Below are positions 45,652 to 54,986 of a stretch of 64,000 bases of DNA, piece by piece. Where the stretch lies: assembly GCA_934754495.1 (NCBI GenBank), contig CAKVHW010000004.1, forward strand, positions 1,070 to 65,069. The letters run 5' to 3'. How positions within the stretch are numbered: the stretch's first letter is position 1; every line of letters starts with the position of its first letter. Origin of the DNA: an uncultured Clostridia bacterium. Lineage in GTDB: Bacteria > Bacillota > Clostridia > Christensenellales > UBA1242. A program made the translations under genes and the position numbers. The notes beneath the pieces are model-generated. The model was not told the origin of the DNA and did not search any database. It worked only from the letters and a program-made list of their open reading frames with translations.

Positions 45652-45993
45652 ATGGCAGTAAATACAATAAATGCCTATGGAAAAATTACTATTAGCAACG
45701 AAGCTATCGCATTGGTTGCTAGTCATATTGCACGTGATTGTTATGGCATTGTTGATCTTGTTAGCCAAAAAGCATCAGACTTTTGGTCTAAGAAAAAAAG
45801 CAAAGTAAAAGGCGTTAATATAATCACTGTAAATAACAGAATTTATATCGATTTGTTTGTAATCATTAAATATGGTGTGTCTATTTCCACCGTTACTGAA
45901 AACTTAAAAAGTGCTATTAAATATGGCGTAGAAAAATTTACAGGTATGATTGCCGACTCAGTTAATATTAATGTTGTTGGGGTTAGAGTATAG
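45652..45993 (+). CDS. Asp23/Gls24 family envelope stress protein (YloU-like)
   Basis: GKITISNEAIALVASHIARDCYGIV. AAAGGAGG RBS. Synteny with the DAK2 gene. Confidence 0.85.
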   Translation: MAVNTINAYGKITISNEAIALVASHIARDCYGIVDLVSQKASDFWSKKKSKVKGVNIITVNNRIYIDLFVIIKYGVSISTVTENLKSAIKYGVEKFTGMIADSVNINVVGVRV

Positions 45994-46023
45994 CCCTTAG
46001 AGTTTATAGGAGATTATTTTAAA

Positions 46024-47670
46024 ATGCTTAAATCAATTAATACCACCACGTTTAGAAAAATGCTAAACGCAGGTGCTAAAGTTTTGGACGATAACAAAAA
46101 ATTCGTTGACTCACTAAATGTATTTCCAGTTCCAGATGGTGATACTGGTACTAACATGAGTCTTACATTAAATACAGCCGTTAAGGAACTTAACGCTTGC
46201 TTAGAAACATCTTTTAGCCCAATTGCAGATAGTGTTGCAAGAGGTGCACTTCGTGGTGCAAGAGGAAACTCTGGTGTTATTCTTTCTCAAATTTTAAAAG
46301 GTATGTGCACAGTAATTGGCAAAACCGAAAAAGACATCACAACTAAAATCTTTGCAAAGGCTTTAGTTGAAGGTGCAGGAGTTGCTTATAAGGCTGTTAC
46401 ACAACCTAAAGAAGGCACAATTCTTACAGTTATTCGTTCGCTTGGTGAATCTGCAACTCGTCATAGCAAAAAGTATGGCGACTTTGAACCTTTCTTTGAA
46501 GCAGTTTTGCAAGACGGTGAAGCAGTTCTTCAACAAACACCTGAAATGCTTCCAGTGCTTAAAAAAGCTGGGGTAGTAGATGCTGGTGGTCGTGGTTTGC
46601 TTGTAATCTTTGCTGGTATGCAACGTGTAATTATGGGCGAAGAAGATATTGAAATTAATATGGAAGAAATTAATTCTACATTAATTGCCGATAACAACGA
46701 CTTCTTTGTTAATTTGGACAACCTTGCAGATATTGAATTTGCATATTGTACTGAATTTATGGTTACCCATATGAAAAAGAAAACAACAGCAAGTGATATT
46801 GATAAACTTCGTGAAAACTTGCTTAACATTGGTGACTGTGTAGTTTGTATTGGTGACTTGGAACTTGTTAAGGTTCATGTCCACACAAACCAACCAAACC
46901 TTGCAATTGGCAATGCGCTAGAACTTGGTGAAATTATTAACATTAAAATTGAAAACATGTTGGAGCAAAACCGTGAAATGAAACGTCTTCGCACCCAACA
47001 AGAAAAAGACCTTAAAGACTTTGGTATGGTTGCAGTTGCTCCTGGTGACGGAATTGCAAATGTATTTAAAGACATTATGGTAGATAACATCATCGAAGGT
47101 GGTCAAACCATGAACCCTAGTGCCGATGATATTGCAAAAGCAGTAGATAAAGTAAATGCTAAGAATGTGTTTGTAATGCCAAACAACAAAAACATCATTT
47201 TGGCTGCCGAACAAGCAAAAGCACTTACTAAGAAGTATATTCACGTTATTCCTACTAAAAATGTTCCACAAGGCTTGGCTTCAGCACTAGCATTTAACCC
47301 AGACGGAACACTAGAAGAAAACCTAGATGCTATGCTTAATGCTAAGGATCAAGTTATGGCAGGTTCTGTTACATATGCTGTTCGTACTACAAATGTAGAC
47401 GGATTTGACCTTGAAAAGGGTGATATTATTGGTCTTGACGACAAGGCAATCTTGGCTAAAGGTCAACTTGTAAAAGACACGACACTTCAATTAATTGAAA
47501 AAATTATCAATGATAATGTTACTAATATTACATTGTTCTATGGCAAAGAAATTCCTGAAGAAGAAGCAGAAATTTTAAGGGCTGAAGTAGAACAAAAATA
47601 TCCTGCTTGCGATGTTACTTTAATCTATGGCGGACAACCTGTTTATTACTACATTATTAGTTTAGAATAA
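46024..47670 (+). CDS. DAK2 domain fusion protein (YloV-like)
   Basis: LNVFPVPDGDTGTNM, RGARGNSGVILSQ, ~550 aa with a DegV-like C-terminal half. Confidence 0.88.
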   Translation: MLKSINTTTFRKMLNAGAKVLDDNKKFVDSLNVFPVPDGDTGTNMSLTLNTAVKELNACLETSFSPIADSVARGALRGARGNSGVILSQILKGMCTVIGKTEKDITTKIFAKALVEGAGVAYKAVTQPKEGTILTVIRSLGESATRHSKKYGDFEPFFEAVLQDGEAVLQQTPEMLPVLKKAGVVDAGGRGLLVIFAGMQRVIMGEEDIEINMEEINSTLIADNNDFFVNLDNLADIEFAYCTEFMVTHMKKKTTASDIDKLRENLLNIGDCVVCIGDLELVKVHVHTNQPNLAIGNALELGEIINIKIENMLEQNREMKRLRTQQEKDLKDFGMVAVAPGDGIANVFKDIMVDNIIEGGQTMNPSADDIAKAVDKVNAKNVFVMPNNKNIILAAEQAKALTKKYIHVIPTKNVPQGLASALAFNPDGTLEENLDAMLNAKDQVMAGSVTYAVRTTNVDGFDLEKGDIIGLDDKAILAKGQLVKDTTLQLIEKIINDNVTNITLFYGKEIPEEEAEILRAEVEQKYPACDVTLIYGGQPVYYYIISLE

Positions 47671-47693
47671 TCTTATATTGATATGATTATAAT

Positions 47694-47723
47694 AAAAAAC
47701 GGCTTTAAATGGCCGTTTTTTTT
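47694..47723 (+). terminator. Rho-independent terminator
   Basis: ACGGC / GCCGT stem plus a long T-run. Confidence 0.65.
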
Positions 47724-47887
47724 GTTTACATATATTCCCAGCAATATTTCTACATTATTTGTCAAAATTCGTCAATACTATTAATAACAAAACAGATATT
47801 AAACTTTAAAAAAGATACATTCTATCATAACTTTATGAAAAACTATCTTACAAAAATATGTGTTTTGTGTATATAGGAGGTGAAATA

Positions 47888-47995
47888 ATGGCAAGAAAAA
47901 CTGAAAAAACAAGTAGAAAGCAAAAACGTACTGAATGCGGAGCTGATAACGGCAGAAAGTGCAGAAAAACTTCTACAACTAAAGATTGTCACTAA
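47888..47995 (+). CDS. Unannotated 35-aa highly basic, 3-Cys peptide (MARKTEKTSRKQKRTECGADNGRKCRKTSTTKDCH)
   Basis: TAGGAGGTG RBS 6 nt upstream, a TTACAA-16-TG-n-TATATA promoter-like element, and a strong terminator at 48037-48062. Below the ORF-track size cutoff. Confidence 0.5.
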   Translation: MARKTEKTSRKQKRTECGADNGRKCRKTSTTKDCH

Positions 47996-48036
47996 TAAGT
48001 AGTTTCAATTAGCCAAGATTTCATAAGTTTTTTAAA

Positions 48037-48062
48037 AGTAGGGTAAAAACCCTACTTTTTTT
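48037..48062 (+). terminator. Rho-independent terminator after the small peptide ORF
   Basis: AGTAGGG / CCCTACT stem plus T-run. Confidence 0.8.
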
Positions 48063-48261
48063 GTTGTAGTTTAATTTTAATAATGTAATAACATAAAATT
48101 TTTAGGTTAAAATAATGTGGAGTATATAAGTAGGGCAAAGGCATAATTTAAAGCAAAATAAAAAAAATTAAAAAATATAAAAAACTTTCAAAAAACTGTT
48201 GCAATTTTATAGAGTTTTTGGTATATTATTAGTGCGTTTCAATATGGACGTGAAATTATGT

Positions 48262-48337
48262 GGGAGTTTAGCTCAGCTGGGAGAGCATCTGCCTTACAAG
48301 CAGGAGGTCATAGGTTCGAGCCCTATAACTCCCACCA
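48262..48337 (+). tRNA. tRNA-Val (anticodon TAC)
   Basis: Cloverleaf folds by hand: acceptor GGGAGTT/AACTCCC, anticodon loop CTTACAA, T-loop GGTTCGAGCC, encoded CCA. Confidence 0.93.
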
Positions 48338-48514
48338 TTATTTTTACCGATAGCATGTTGTATTGATTGTGGTTAGATACATTACATGCGTAACCTCTTT
48401 TCTCAATTTTCCTTTCACCACAGTTTTGAATTTTTAGATGTTGTTCTAAAGCAATTTATGCTTTAGGCAACAAAATAAAGATTCCATCATAAATAAATAA
48501 TAAGTTTTAAGTAT

Positions 48515-48589
48515 GCGGGAGTGGCTCAGTGGTAGAGCGTTGCCTTGCCAAGGCAAATGTCGCGAGTTCGAATCTCGTCTTCCGCTCCA
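48515..48589 (+). tRNA. tRNA-Gly (anticodon GCC)
   Basis: Acceptor GCGGGAG/CTTCCGC, anticodon stem-loop TTGCC-TTGCCAA-GGCAA, T-loop GTTCGAATC, encoded CCA. Confidence 0.93.
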
Positions 48590-48638
48590 TTTTTTTATCT
48601 ACTGACCTTAACTTTACAGAAGATGAATATATTTTGAT

Positions 48639-48712
48639 GGCACCATAGCCAAGTGGTAAGGCTCAGGTCTGCAAAACCTTCATCCCCAGTTCGAATCTGG
48701 GTGGTGCCTCCA
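48639..48712 (+). tRNA. tRNA-Cys (anticodon GCA)
   Basis: Acceptor GGCACCA/TGGTGCC, anticodon loop CTGCAAA, encoded CCA. Close to B. subtilis tRNA-Cys. Confidence 0.92.
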
Positions 48713-48717
48713 AATTT

Positions 48718-48806
48718 GCCGAAGTGGCGGAATAGGCAGACGCACAGGACTTAAAATCCTGCGAGGGTAACTCCTCATACCGGTTCGACCCCGGTCTTCG
48801 GCACCA
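48718..48806 (+). tRNA. tRNA-Leu (anticodon TAA), long variable arm
   Basis: Acceptor GCCGAAG/CTTCGGC, anticodon stem-loop CAGGA-CTTAAAA-TCCTG, 89 nt, encoded CCA. Confidence 0.92.
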
Positions 48807-48811
48807 AGAAA

Positions 48812-48838
48812 ACTCTCTATTTTTAGAGAGTTTTTTTT
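48812..48838 (+). terminator. Terminator of the tRNA operon
   Basis: ACTCTCTA / TAGAGAGT stem plus T-run. Confidence 0.8.
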
Positions 48839-48997
48839 GTTTTTAATACATATCATTTCAATGTGACCAAATTAACTATCTAATACAATATATTGGGTTT
48901 TTACTAAATTATCTCTTACCACATATTGTAATTATATAATTGCAATTTTACTTATATTGTGATATAATATTTATATAGGATAAATGGGAGAAAATTT

Positions 48998-50143
48998 ATG
49001 AAAAGAATAGATGTTGTTATGAATATCATTAAGAGAGTTGACCCAAGAATAAGAGATATAAAAGAAGAAGATATTAATAGATTTATTGATAATTTTGTGG
49101 CGAAATATAATTCAGAATCAATGCATGATTACGTTAAGTTTATGTCTAGTTGTGAAGCCGATACACTTTCGCTTTACGAGGTTGTGGGCTCACTAGGGAA
49201 AACCGTTGATTATATTCCAAATGGTAGGCTTAGGGATATTAATTTTACAAAAGAAGATGTTCAAAAATGTATGCACGCTTTTTTTGGAAAATATCTTCCT
49301 AGAAAGGTAAATGTTGTTGATAGTATTTTAAATGGAACAGACCCATATTTTATAGACCCAGATGGAAACTCTCATGTGTATTTTAATAGTGTTCCTAAAG
49401 ACGATAGAAATTCAAGTTCAGTGGGACATAGTGATGAAAATAAATTCTTGGAATTTAATGTGTATTTGCATGGGTCTATTGAAGATTTATCAACAACAGC
49501 ACATGAACTTGGACACGCAATTTCCGCGTATCATCGAAGCTTGCTAGATAATGTTAGGGCTGGAAATAATGTCCCTAAAAGAGATCCTGCAAACGATTGT
49601 GTAGGCGAAATAGAAAGCCATATAATAGAGGGATTGTTTGTAAGATATTTAAGAGATAAAAATATGCTTACAATAGGCGATATGGAAGATTATAAAAATT
49701 GTAGTAATACTTCATTAATAAAAGAAACGACTACAATTACAGAAGAAAGAGAAATTCTAAAAGACCTTCCTAAAAATTTTACTCGTGACGATGTATTTGA
49801 TCTTATTGAAAAATATGATCAAAATAATGATTTAAATAAACTTAGAAGAGTTGAAAAAATGGCTAGTGAAAGGAGAGAAGGTCAATATCTTTTTAGATAT
49901 GTTGTAGGAAGGGTTGTTTCAGATCAATGGCTAAAGCAATATGACAATGCTGATGAAAATGCAAAACAAGGTATGCTAAATACATTCCAAGATTATTTAG
50001 ACAAAACAGATACAATCAAATTAGATGATGCTTGCGAAATGCTTATGGGACAAAATTATGCTTGTATTGTTGAAGATTTTGCAACAGATAAATTATCAGA
50101 ACGAAAAGATAGAATAAATACCACAAAAGAATTTTTTAAATAA
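48998..50143 (+). CDS. Short M3-like zinc metallopeptidase (HExxH ... ExxSxxxE)
   Basis: TAHELGHAIS followed ~33 aa later by GEIESHIIE, the gluzincin/M3 arrangement. At 381 aa it is well short of a typical PepF. Confidence 0.65.
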   Translation: MKRIDVVMNIIKRVDPRIRDIKEEDINRFIDNFVAKYNSESMHDYVKFMSSCEADTLSLYEVVGSLGKTVDYIPNGRLRDINFTKEDVQKCMHAFFGKYLPRKVNVVDSILNGTDPYFIDPDGNSHVYFNSVPKDDRNSSSVGHSDENKFLEFNVYLHGSIEDLSTTAHELGHAISAYHRSLLDNVRAGNNVPKRDPANDCVGEIESHIIEGLFVRYLRDKNMLTIGDMEDYKNCSNTSLIKETTTITEEREILKDLPKNFTRDDVFDLIEKYDQNNDLNKLRRVEKMASERREGQYLFRYVVGRVVSDQWLKQYDNADENAKQGMLNTFQDYLDKTDTIKLDDACEMLMGQNYACIVEDFATDKLSERKDRINTTKEFFK

Positions 50144-50179
50144 AAAAAAGCACTTTCTTTACTTGAAAGTGCTTTTTTA
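50142..50179. terminator. Bidirectional terminator between the peptidase gene and malQ
   Basis: AGCACTTTC / GAAAGTGCT stem flanked by an A-run and a T-run. Confidence 0.8.
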
Positions 50180-50186
50180 TTGTTAT

Positions 50187-51638
50187 TTATTTACTAATAA
50201 GTTTTAAAGTGTTTTTAACTTTAGCCTTGTAGTGTTTTGGCATTTTGTATTCCCATTGGTTATAGGCAATTCCTGGAATGTTCATTCGGTAAAATTCGTC
50301 TTGCATCAATAAGTCTTGAATTTGGAAAATGTCGTATTTTGCTTCGCTTTTTAGCATTTTTTTCATTGTTGCTATTAAAACTTTTTTCTTATCTATTTTT
50401 GCATCTAAATTAAGCAGTCTGCAAAATTCAGTTTTAGATGTGTCTTTAAGGCTGTTAAAAAATCCAATAAATGTATCGTTGTCGTGAGTACCAATATAAT
50501 AAATATTGTTTGCTTCTACGTTGTTTGGTAGGTATCTAGTGTTTTTAAGAACATCTTCAAGTAGGCACATGCCAGTAAGATTGTATTCTTTCATAACCTT
50601 ATCACATTCTGGCTTTATAAATCCAAGATTTTCAACTACAACTCTGTTTATATCAACTTCTTTGCTAAGTGTTGCGAAAAAGTCCATTCCACCAGCCTTA
50701 ACCCACTTGTTGTCACTAGTGTTGGTTGTAGAAAATTCGTAGTGTTCCACATAACCATAAAAGTGGTCTAGTCGTAAAATATCAAATTTGTCCAACAACA
50801 TTTTAATTTTGTGAATTAAGTATTGATAGTTTGTTTTCTTTAAATAATTCCAGTCGTAGACACTTGAACCCCAATTTTGTTCTATTTCGTCAGTGCTGTT
50901 TTTAGGAACACCGCCAGTACATAGCATGTTGAAACTAGTATCCAACTGATATGCATTTCTGTCACTATATACATCAAAAGACATAACATTAGGGTAGATT
51001 GGTAGGTCTCCAAGTATTTTTACACCTTTATTATTTGCATATGCTTTTAGTTTTTTCCATTGCAACCCTAGTATGTACTGATAAAAACCATATTTGTAAA
51101 TTAGCTGTTTATTATCAATTGTAAATTGTTTGTATTGCTTTGAATTAAAGTTAAGTAGGTTTTTATTGAGTTTTCTCCAGTCTAATGCATTGTTTTTTTC
51201 AAGTAGTGCTTTGTATACTGCATAATTATATATATCCTTGTTTTTGTTTAAGAAAACCTCTAATTCTTTTCCCAATTCACCACTAATGTTGTTGTAAGCT
51301 GTTTCGAAAACCTCTTTTTTTATTTTTTTTACAATAGTGTATTCAACTTTTTTTGATTTAGGTAATTTTAATAGTTTTGAAGCATCTTTTTTTGTTATTA
51401 AATCTTTTTTAACAAGGTCATCAACATCAAAAAACATTTCATCGTATGAAAAGTAACAATTAGAATAATAAGGGCAATTGGTTTCACCTGTTTGGTTTAA
51501 AGGTAGTATTTGCCATATTTTTATATTGTTTTCCGCTAAAAAATCAATAAATTCATATGCGGTTTTACCAAAGTCACCAACACCATATGGACTTGGTAGC
51601 GATGATATATGACAAAGTATTCCAATTTCTTTTTCCAT
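50187..51638 (-). CDS. malQ: 4-alpha-glucanotransferase (amylomaltase)
   Basis: GILCHISSLPSPYGVGDFG, WQILPLN, LRLDHFYG, IGTHDND. Confidence 0.92.
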   Translation of the reverse strand: MEKEIGILCHISSLPSPYGVGDFGKTAYEFIDFLAENNIKIWQILPLNQTGETNCPYYSNCYFSYDEMFFDVDDLVKKDLITKKDASKLLKLPKSKKVEYTIVKKIKKEVFETAYNNISGELGKELEVFLNKNKDIYNYAVYKALLEKNNALDWRKLNKNLLNFNSKQYKQFTIDNKQLIYKYGFYQYILGLQWKKLKAYANNKGVKILGDLPIYPNVMSFDVYSDRNAYQLDTSFNMLCTGGVPKNSTDEIEQNWGSSVYDWNYLKKTNYQYLIHKIKMLLDKFDILRLDHFYGYVEHYEFSTTNTSDNKWVKAGGMDFFATLSKEVDINRVVVENLGFIKPECDKVMKEYNLTGMCLLEDVLKNTRYLPNNVEANNIYYIGTHDNDTFIGFFNSLKDTSKTEFCRLLNLDAKIDKKKVLIATMKKMLKSEAKYDIFQIQDLLMQDEFYRMNIPGIAYNQWEYKMPKHYKAKVKNTLKLISK

Positions 51639-51826
51639 TGTTTTGCTCCAATATTAATAATTTCTATAAAAATATATCACAAAAAAATAAATGTCTACAA
51701 ATGTTAAACAAGATTTTATTAAAAACCTTATAATAACATTAAAAAATATTAATATATTAAAGAGTGTTTTGTTTTGAATAAAACTGTTATTGTGATATAC
51801 TTTTTTTTAGTACAAAGGAGAAATTG

Positions 51827-52801
51827 ATGAAAAAGGGCGGTTGGAAGTACCTAAACAAAATGTGGTGGATGGTAATTATTATTACCATTATATCAATTAC
51901 CGCAACATTACTATCACAAATGGTTTATAAGTTTATAGGATATACGATTGACTATGGACTTAATTATACCGGAAAAGATTATTCTGGTTTGTTGGGATTT
52001 TTGTTTGATGGTAGAATGGGTGATTATGGAAGCTATAAGCTTACAGTATCACTTACTCTTATTATGATTGTAATTTTAGTTATGGAAGCAATGCTTAATT
52101 ATTATTTAAGTTACCTTCAAATGAAAGCACAATATGGTAGCAGTCACAATATTAGAAAGGAAGTATTTTATAGAATAAAAAATAAAAAAGCACCTTATTC
52201 ACAGGGGAGTATGATTAATTTGTATCTTGATGACATTTATCAACATGCATCGGTTTACTTTTATCAAATTCCAGGCATTATTGTGTCAATTGTAACCATA
52301 ACTTTCTGCTTACTTCTTCTTAATCAAATTAGTCCCTTGCTTTTGATAGCACCATTAGGATTATCACCATTACTAATTTATTTTAGCATTAAGTATCACA
52401 AAGAAATTTATGATAAAAACCTTTCATACCGTGAAGTAGATGGCGAATTAAAAGAATCGGTAAACGAAACATTGTTTTCCAATGACCAAGAAAAGTACAA
52501 TAATTTTAAAAAAGTCAACAATGAACATAAGGCAGAAAGAAAAATTATTAGTCTTGTTCCTAATAAATACACTTTAATTTTAAATTCTGTAAAAATAATC
52601 ATTTACATTATATGTTGTACGCTAGCCGGTATTCTTGCAATTAAAGGAAAGGTTTTAATAGGAGAATATTTAATATTTACAAAATTTGTTAATACAATAT
52701 ACACCCAAATTATAAGCCTTATTAATTACTTTATTAATATTAGAGCTGCACTTCCAAAAATTGAAAAAGTGGACAAAATTTTGGAGGTGCCAAATGAATA
52801 A
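51827..52801 (+). CDS. ABC exporter-type transmembrane domain protein, no nucleotide-binding domain
   Basis: AAGGAG RBS. Six-helix ABC_membrane-like layout. Ends at ..RAALPKIEKVDKILEVPNE, the linker that normally precedes the NBD. No Walker A motif. Confidence 0.7.
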   Translation: MKKGGWKYLNKMWWMVIIITIISITATLLSQMVYKFIGYTIDYGLNYTGKDYSGLLGFLFDGRMGDYGSYKLTVSLTLIMIVILVMEAMLNYYLSYLQMKAQYGSSHNIRKEVFYRIKNKKAPYSQGSMINLYLDDIYQHASVYFYQIPGIIVSIVTITFCLLLLNQISPLLLIAPLGLSPLLIYFSIKYHKEIYDKNLSYREVDGELKESVNETLFSNDQEKYNNFKKVNNEHKAERKIISLVPNKYTLILNSVKIIIYIICCTLAGILAIKGKVLIGEYLIFTKFVNTIYTQIISLINYFINIRAALPKIEKVDKILEVPNE

Positions 52802-53771
52802 TAGTAAATATGTTTGGCGAATGACCAAATACTTTTTCAGAAACAAAAAAGCCACATTTTATTCAATACTAATGTGCATAATTGGACTTGCTGTTGGGCT
52901 ATTTACACCAATTGCAAACTCTTACATTCAAAATGAAATTATTCCAAACAAAAACATCTCACTTTTTGTAATATTGACAATTGTAATTTTAATCCTTAAT
53001 TTTGCTTCAATTCTATCGGCGTATTTTAACACAAAAATTATGGTTGATAATAGTGTTCCAATAACAGCAAATATTAGACGTGATATTGTTAAAATGAACA
53101 CTTTTAGCAACAAAAACAAACAAATTAGAGGTATTGTTTCAATTAGCTCAACACAATTCTTGGAAGATGCTAATAGTTACTATATTAGTTATTTAAACAC
53201 CTCATATGATAGCTTGTTAAAGTTTATGTTTTTCTTTCCCTTTTTTATTGCATCAGGAAAGAAATTGGCACTTATAATGATTGCATCACTCGCTTTTTAT
53301 TTTGCACTAGTAAATGTTATTTCTATATATTCTCAAAAATGTGCCGATAAATCTCGTGAAGCTGATAAGGTTAGATACGAATATTTACTAAAAATGACAA
53401 AAGCATTACAACAACCAGACTTTGAAGAAAATGACGAAATATCATATCTAAAATATAAGGAAGTTATTAAAAATACTGAAAAAGCATGGATTAAATACTG
53501 CCTTGTAAACAATATTTTTGACTTTACTAGATTGTTTATATGGTATGGAATGTTTGGTTTAACTTGCATATTAGCATATCATAGTATTGAAATAGGGGCA
53601 ATGAGCGTAGGGGCATTTGTTGTTTATCATTCATATTTTTCACAACTTGATTCACCTCTTTCTCAGTTTGTTAACTTTATTAAAAACTGCAACCAAAACA
53701 ATATGACATTCAAAAATATTTTCATATCATTAGATGACGAAGAACTTCTTGACCTTAAAAAAGAAAATTAA
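52794..53771 (+). CDS. Second ABC exporter-type transmembrane domain protein, no nucleotide-binding domain
   Basis: ATG follows GGAGGTG and overlaps the upstream stop by 8 nt (ATGAATAA). ABC_membrane-like helices. Ends ..NMTFKNIFISLDDEE... with no Walker A motif. Confidence 0.7.
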   Translation: MNNSKYVWRMTKYFFRNKKATFYSILMCIIGLAVGLFTPIANSYIQNEIIPNKNISLFVILTIVILILNFASILSAYFNTKIMVDNSVPITANIRRDIVKMNTFSNKNKQIRGIVSISSTQFLEDANSYYISYLNTSYDSLLKFMFFFPFFIASGKKLALIMIASLAFYFALVNVISIYSQKCADKSREADKVRYEYLLKMTKALQQPDFEENDEISYLKYKEVIKNTEKAWIKYCLVNNIFDFTRLFIWYGMFGLTCILAYHSIEIGAMSVGAFVVYHSYFSQLDSPLSQFVNFIKNCNQNNMTFKNIFISLDDEELLDLKKEN

Positions 53772-53855
53772 AAAAATGTTTTAATTGTTGAGTATTGAAA
53801 AACAACATTATTTGTGATACTATGATAGGTGTTTAATTTAAAAGAGGGAAACAAA

Positions 53856-54869
53856 ATGACAATTGCAGAAGAATTTAAAAATTTTGATAAGGACTTTTCA
53901 AATTTATTCAGAAACTGTTTGTTGTATAAACAAATTAAAAGCAATTATGATGCCAATGCCGTTAAAAAGATGATTGATTCTGTGGCTGAATTATATAGAA
54001 AAGATTATAATAATTCTTTAGAAGAATATAAAAATAATATAACAAAAAAAAGAAAAGAACTTTGTAACGCTAGAGTAATTACGTTGGAATCTTATAAAGA
54101 ATATAAAAGAGCCTATACCGATTATAAAAACACAATGCTTAATATTAATAAAATGAAAGAGCTTAATCCTGAATTATCATTTGAAAATCAAAAAGAACAA
54201 GCGAGAATATTACTTGATAGAAAAGAAAGTGGATTTAATAATGCTAAAATTCGTTATGATAATTTAAAAAATGAATACGAAAAAATTACAAGTAATTCCC
54301 AAAATGGAACTGATGATATATTGGAAAAGATAAAAAAGAAAAACATGGAAAATGAAGAAAATCTAAAATTAATTAACCATGTTTTTCGCCTAAATAAAAA
54401 GTCTTTAACCACTTTTGAAGATGTTGTTAATAGAGAAATAATAGATTTCAAAACCAAATATAATATATCAAGCAATACTTTTGTAAATAGATTGGAAAAA
54501 GCGACAAAGCAACATTGGAAAATTGTTGAATCGGATGGAATAAGCATTGGCTGTTGTTACGCAATAGTAAACGAAGATGTATTTGGTAAAGAGAAAAACA
54601 CTTTTTCTAAAGATGACATTAATGCTAATAAAGAAAATGGCAACATTTTTCTAGTTACTAATTATGAAAAATCAAAAATTAATTCTAGTTCTAAAGAAAA
54701 TCCTGATAAGCATAATTGGATAGAAGATTATTTATTGTATAAAGGTGTATATACTGACGAAAAAAAGTTAAACAAGATGCAAAACACATCAGCCAAACAA
54801 AGAGAACTAGTTTTAAGAACAGTTGATTCCTATCTTAGTTTATTGTCATACACCAGATATAAACCATAA
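53856..54869 (+). CDS. Hypothetical protein (337 aa, coiled-coil N-terminal half)
   Basis: AGAGGGAA RBS. Terminator ATAAACCC / GGGTTTAT plus T-run at 54873-54898. No NTPase motif. Confidence 0.6.
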   Translation: MTIAEEFKNFDKDFSNLFRNCLLYKQIKSNYDANAVKKMIDSVAELYRKDYNNSLEEYKNNITKKRKELCNARVITLESYKEYKRAYTDYKNTMLNINKMKELNPELSFENQKEQARILLDRKESGFNNAKIRYDNLKNEYEKITSNSQNGTDDILEKIKKKNMENEENLKLINHVFRLNKKSLTTFEDVVNREIIDFKTKYNISSNTFVNRLEKATKQHWKIVESDGISIGCCYAIVNEDVFGKEKNTFSKDDINANKENGNIFLVTNYEKSKINSSSKENPDKHNWIEDYLLYKGVYTDEKKLNKMQNTSAKQRELVLRTVDSYLSLLSYTRYKP

Positions 54870-54986
54870 AAAATAAACCCATAGCGGGTTTATTTTTTAT
54901 TGTGCTACGGCATAAAAAACAAATATGGTTGACGGTTTAACTTATGATATGATATACTTATCGCATAAATTATTAAGGATAAAATT

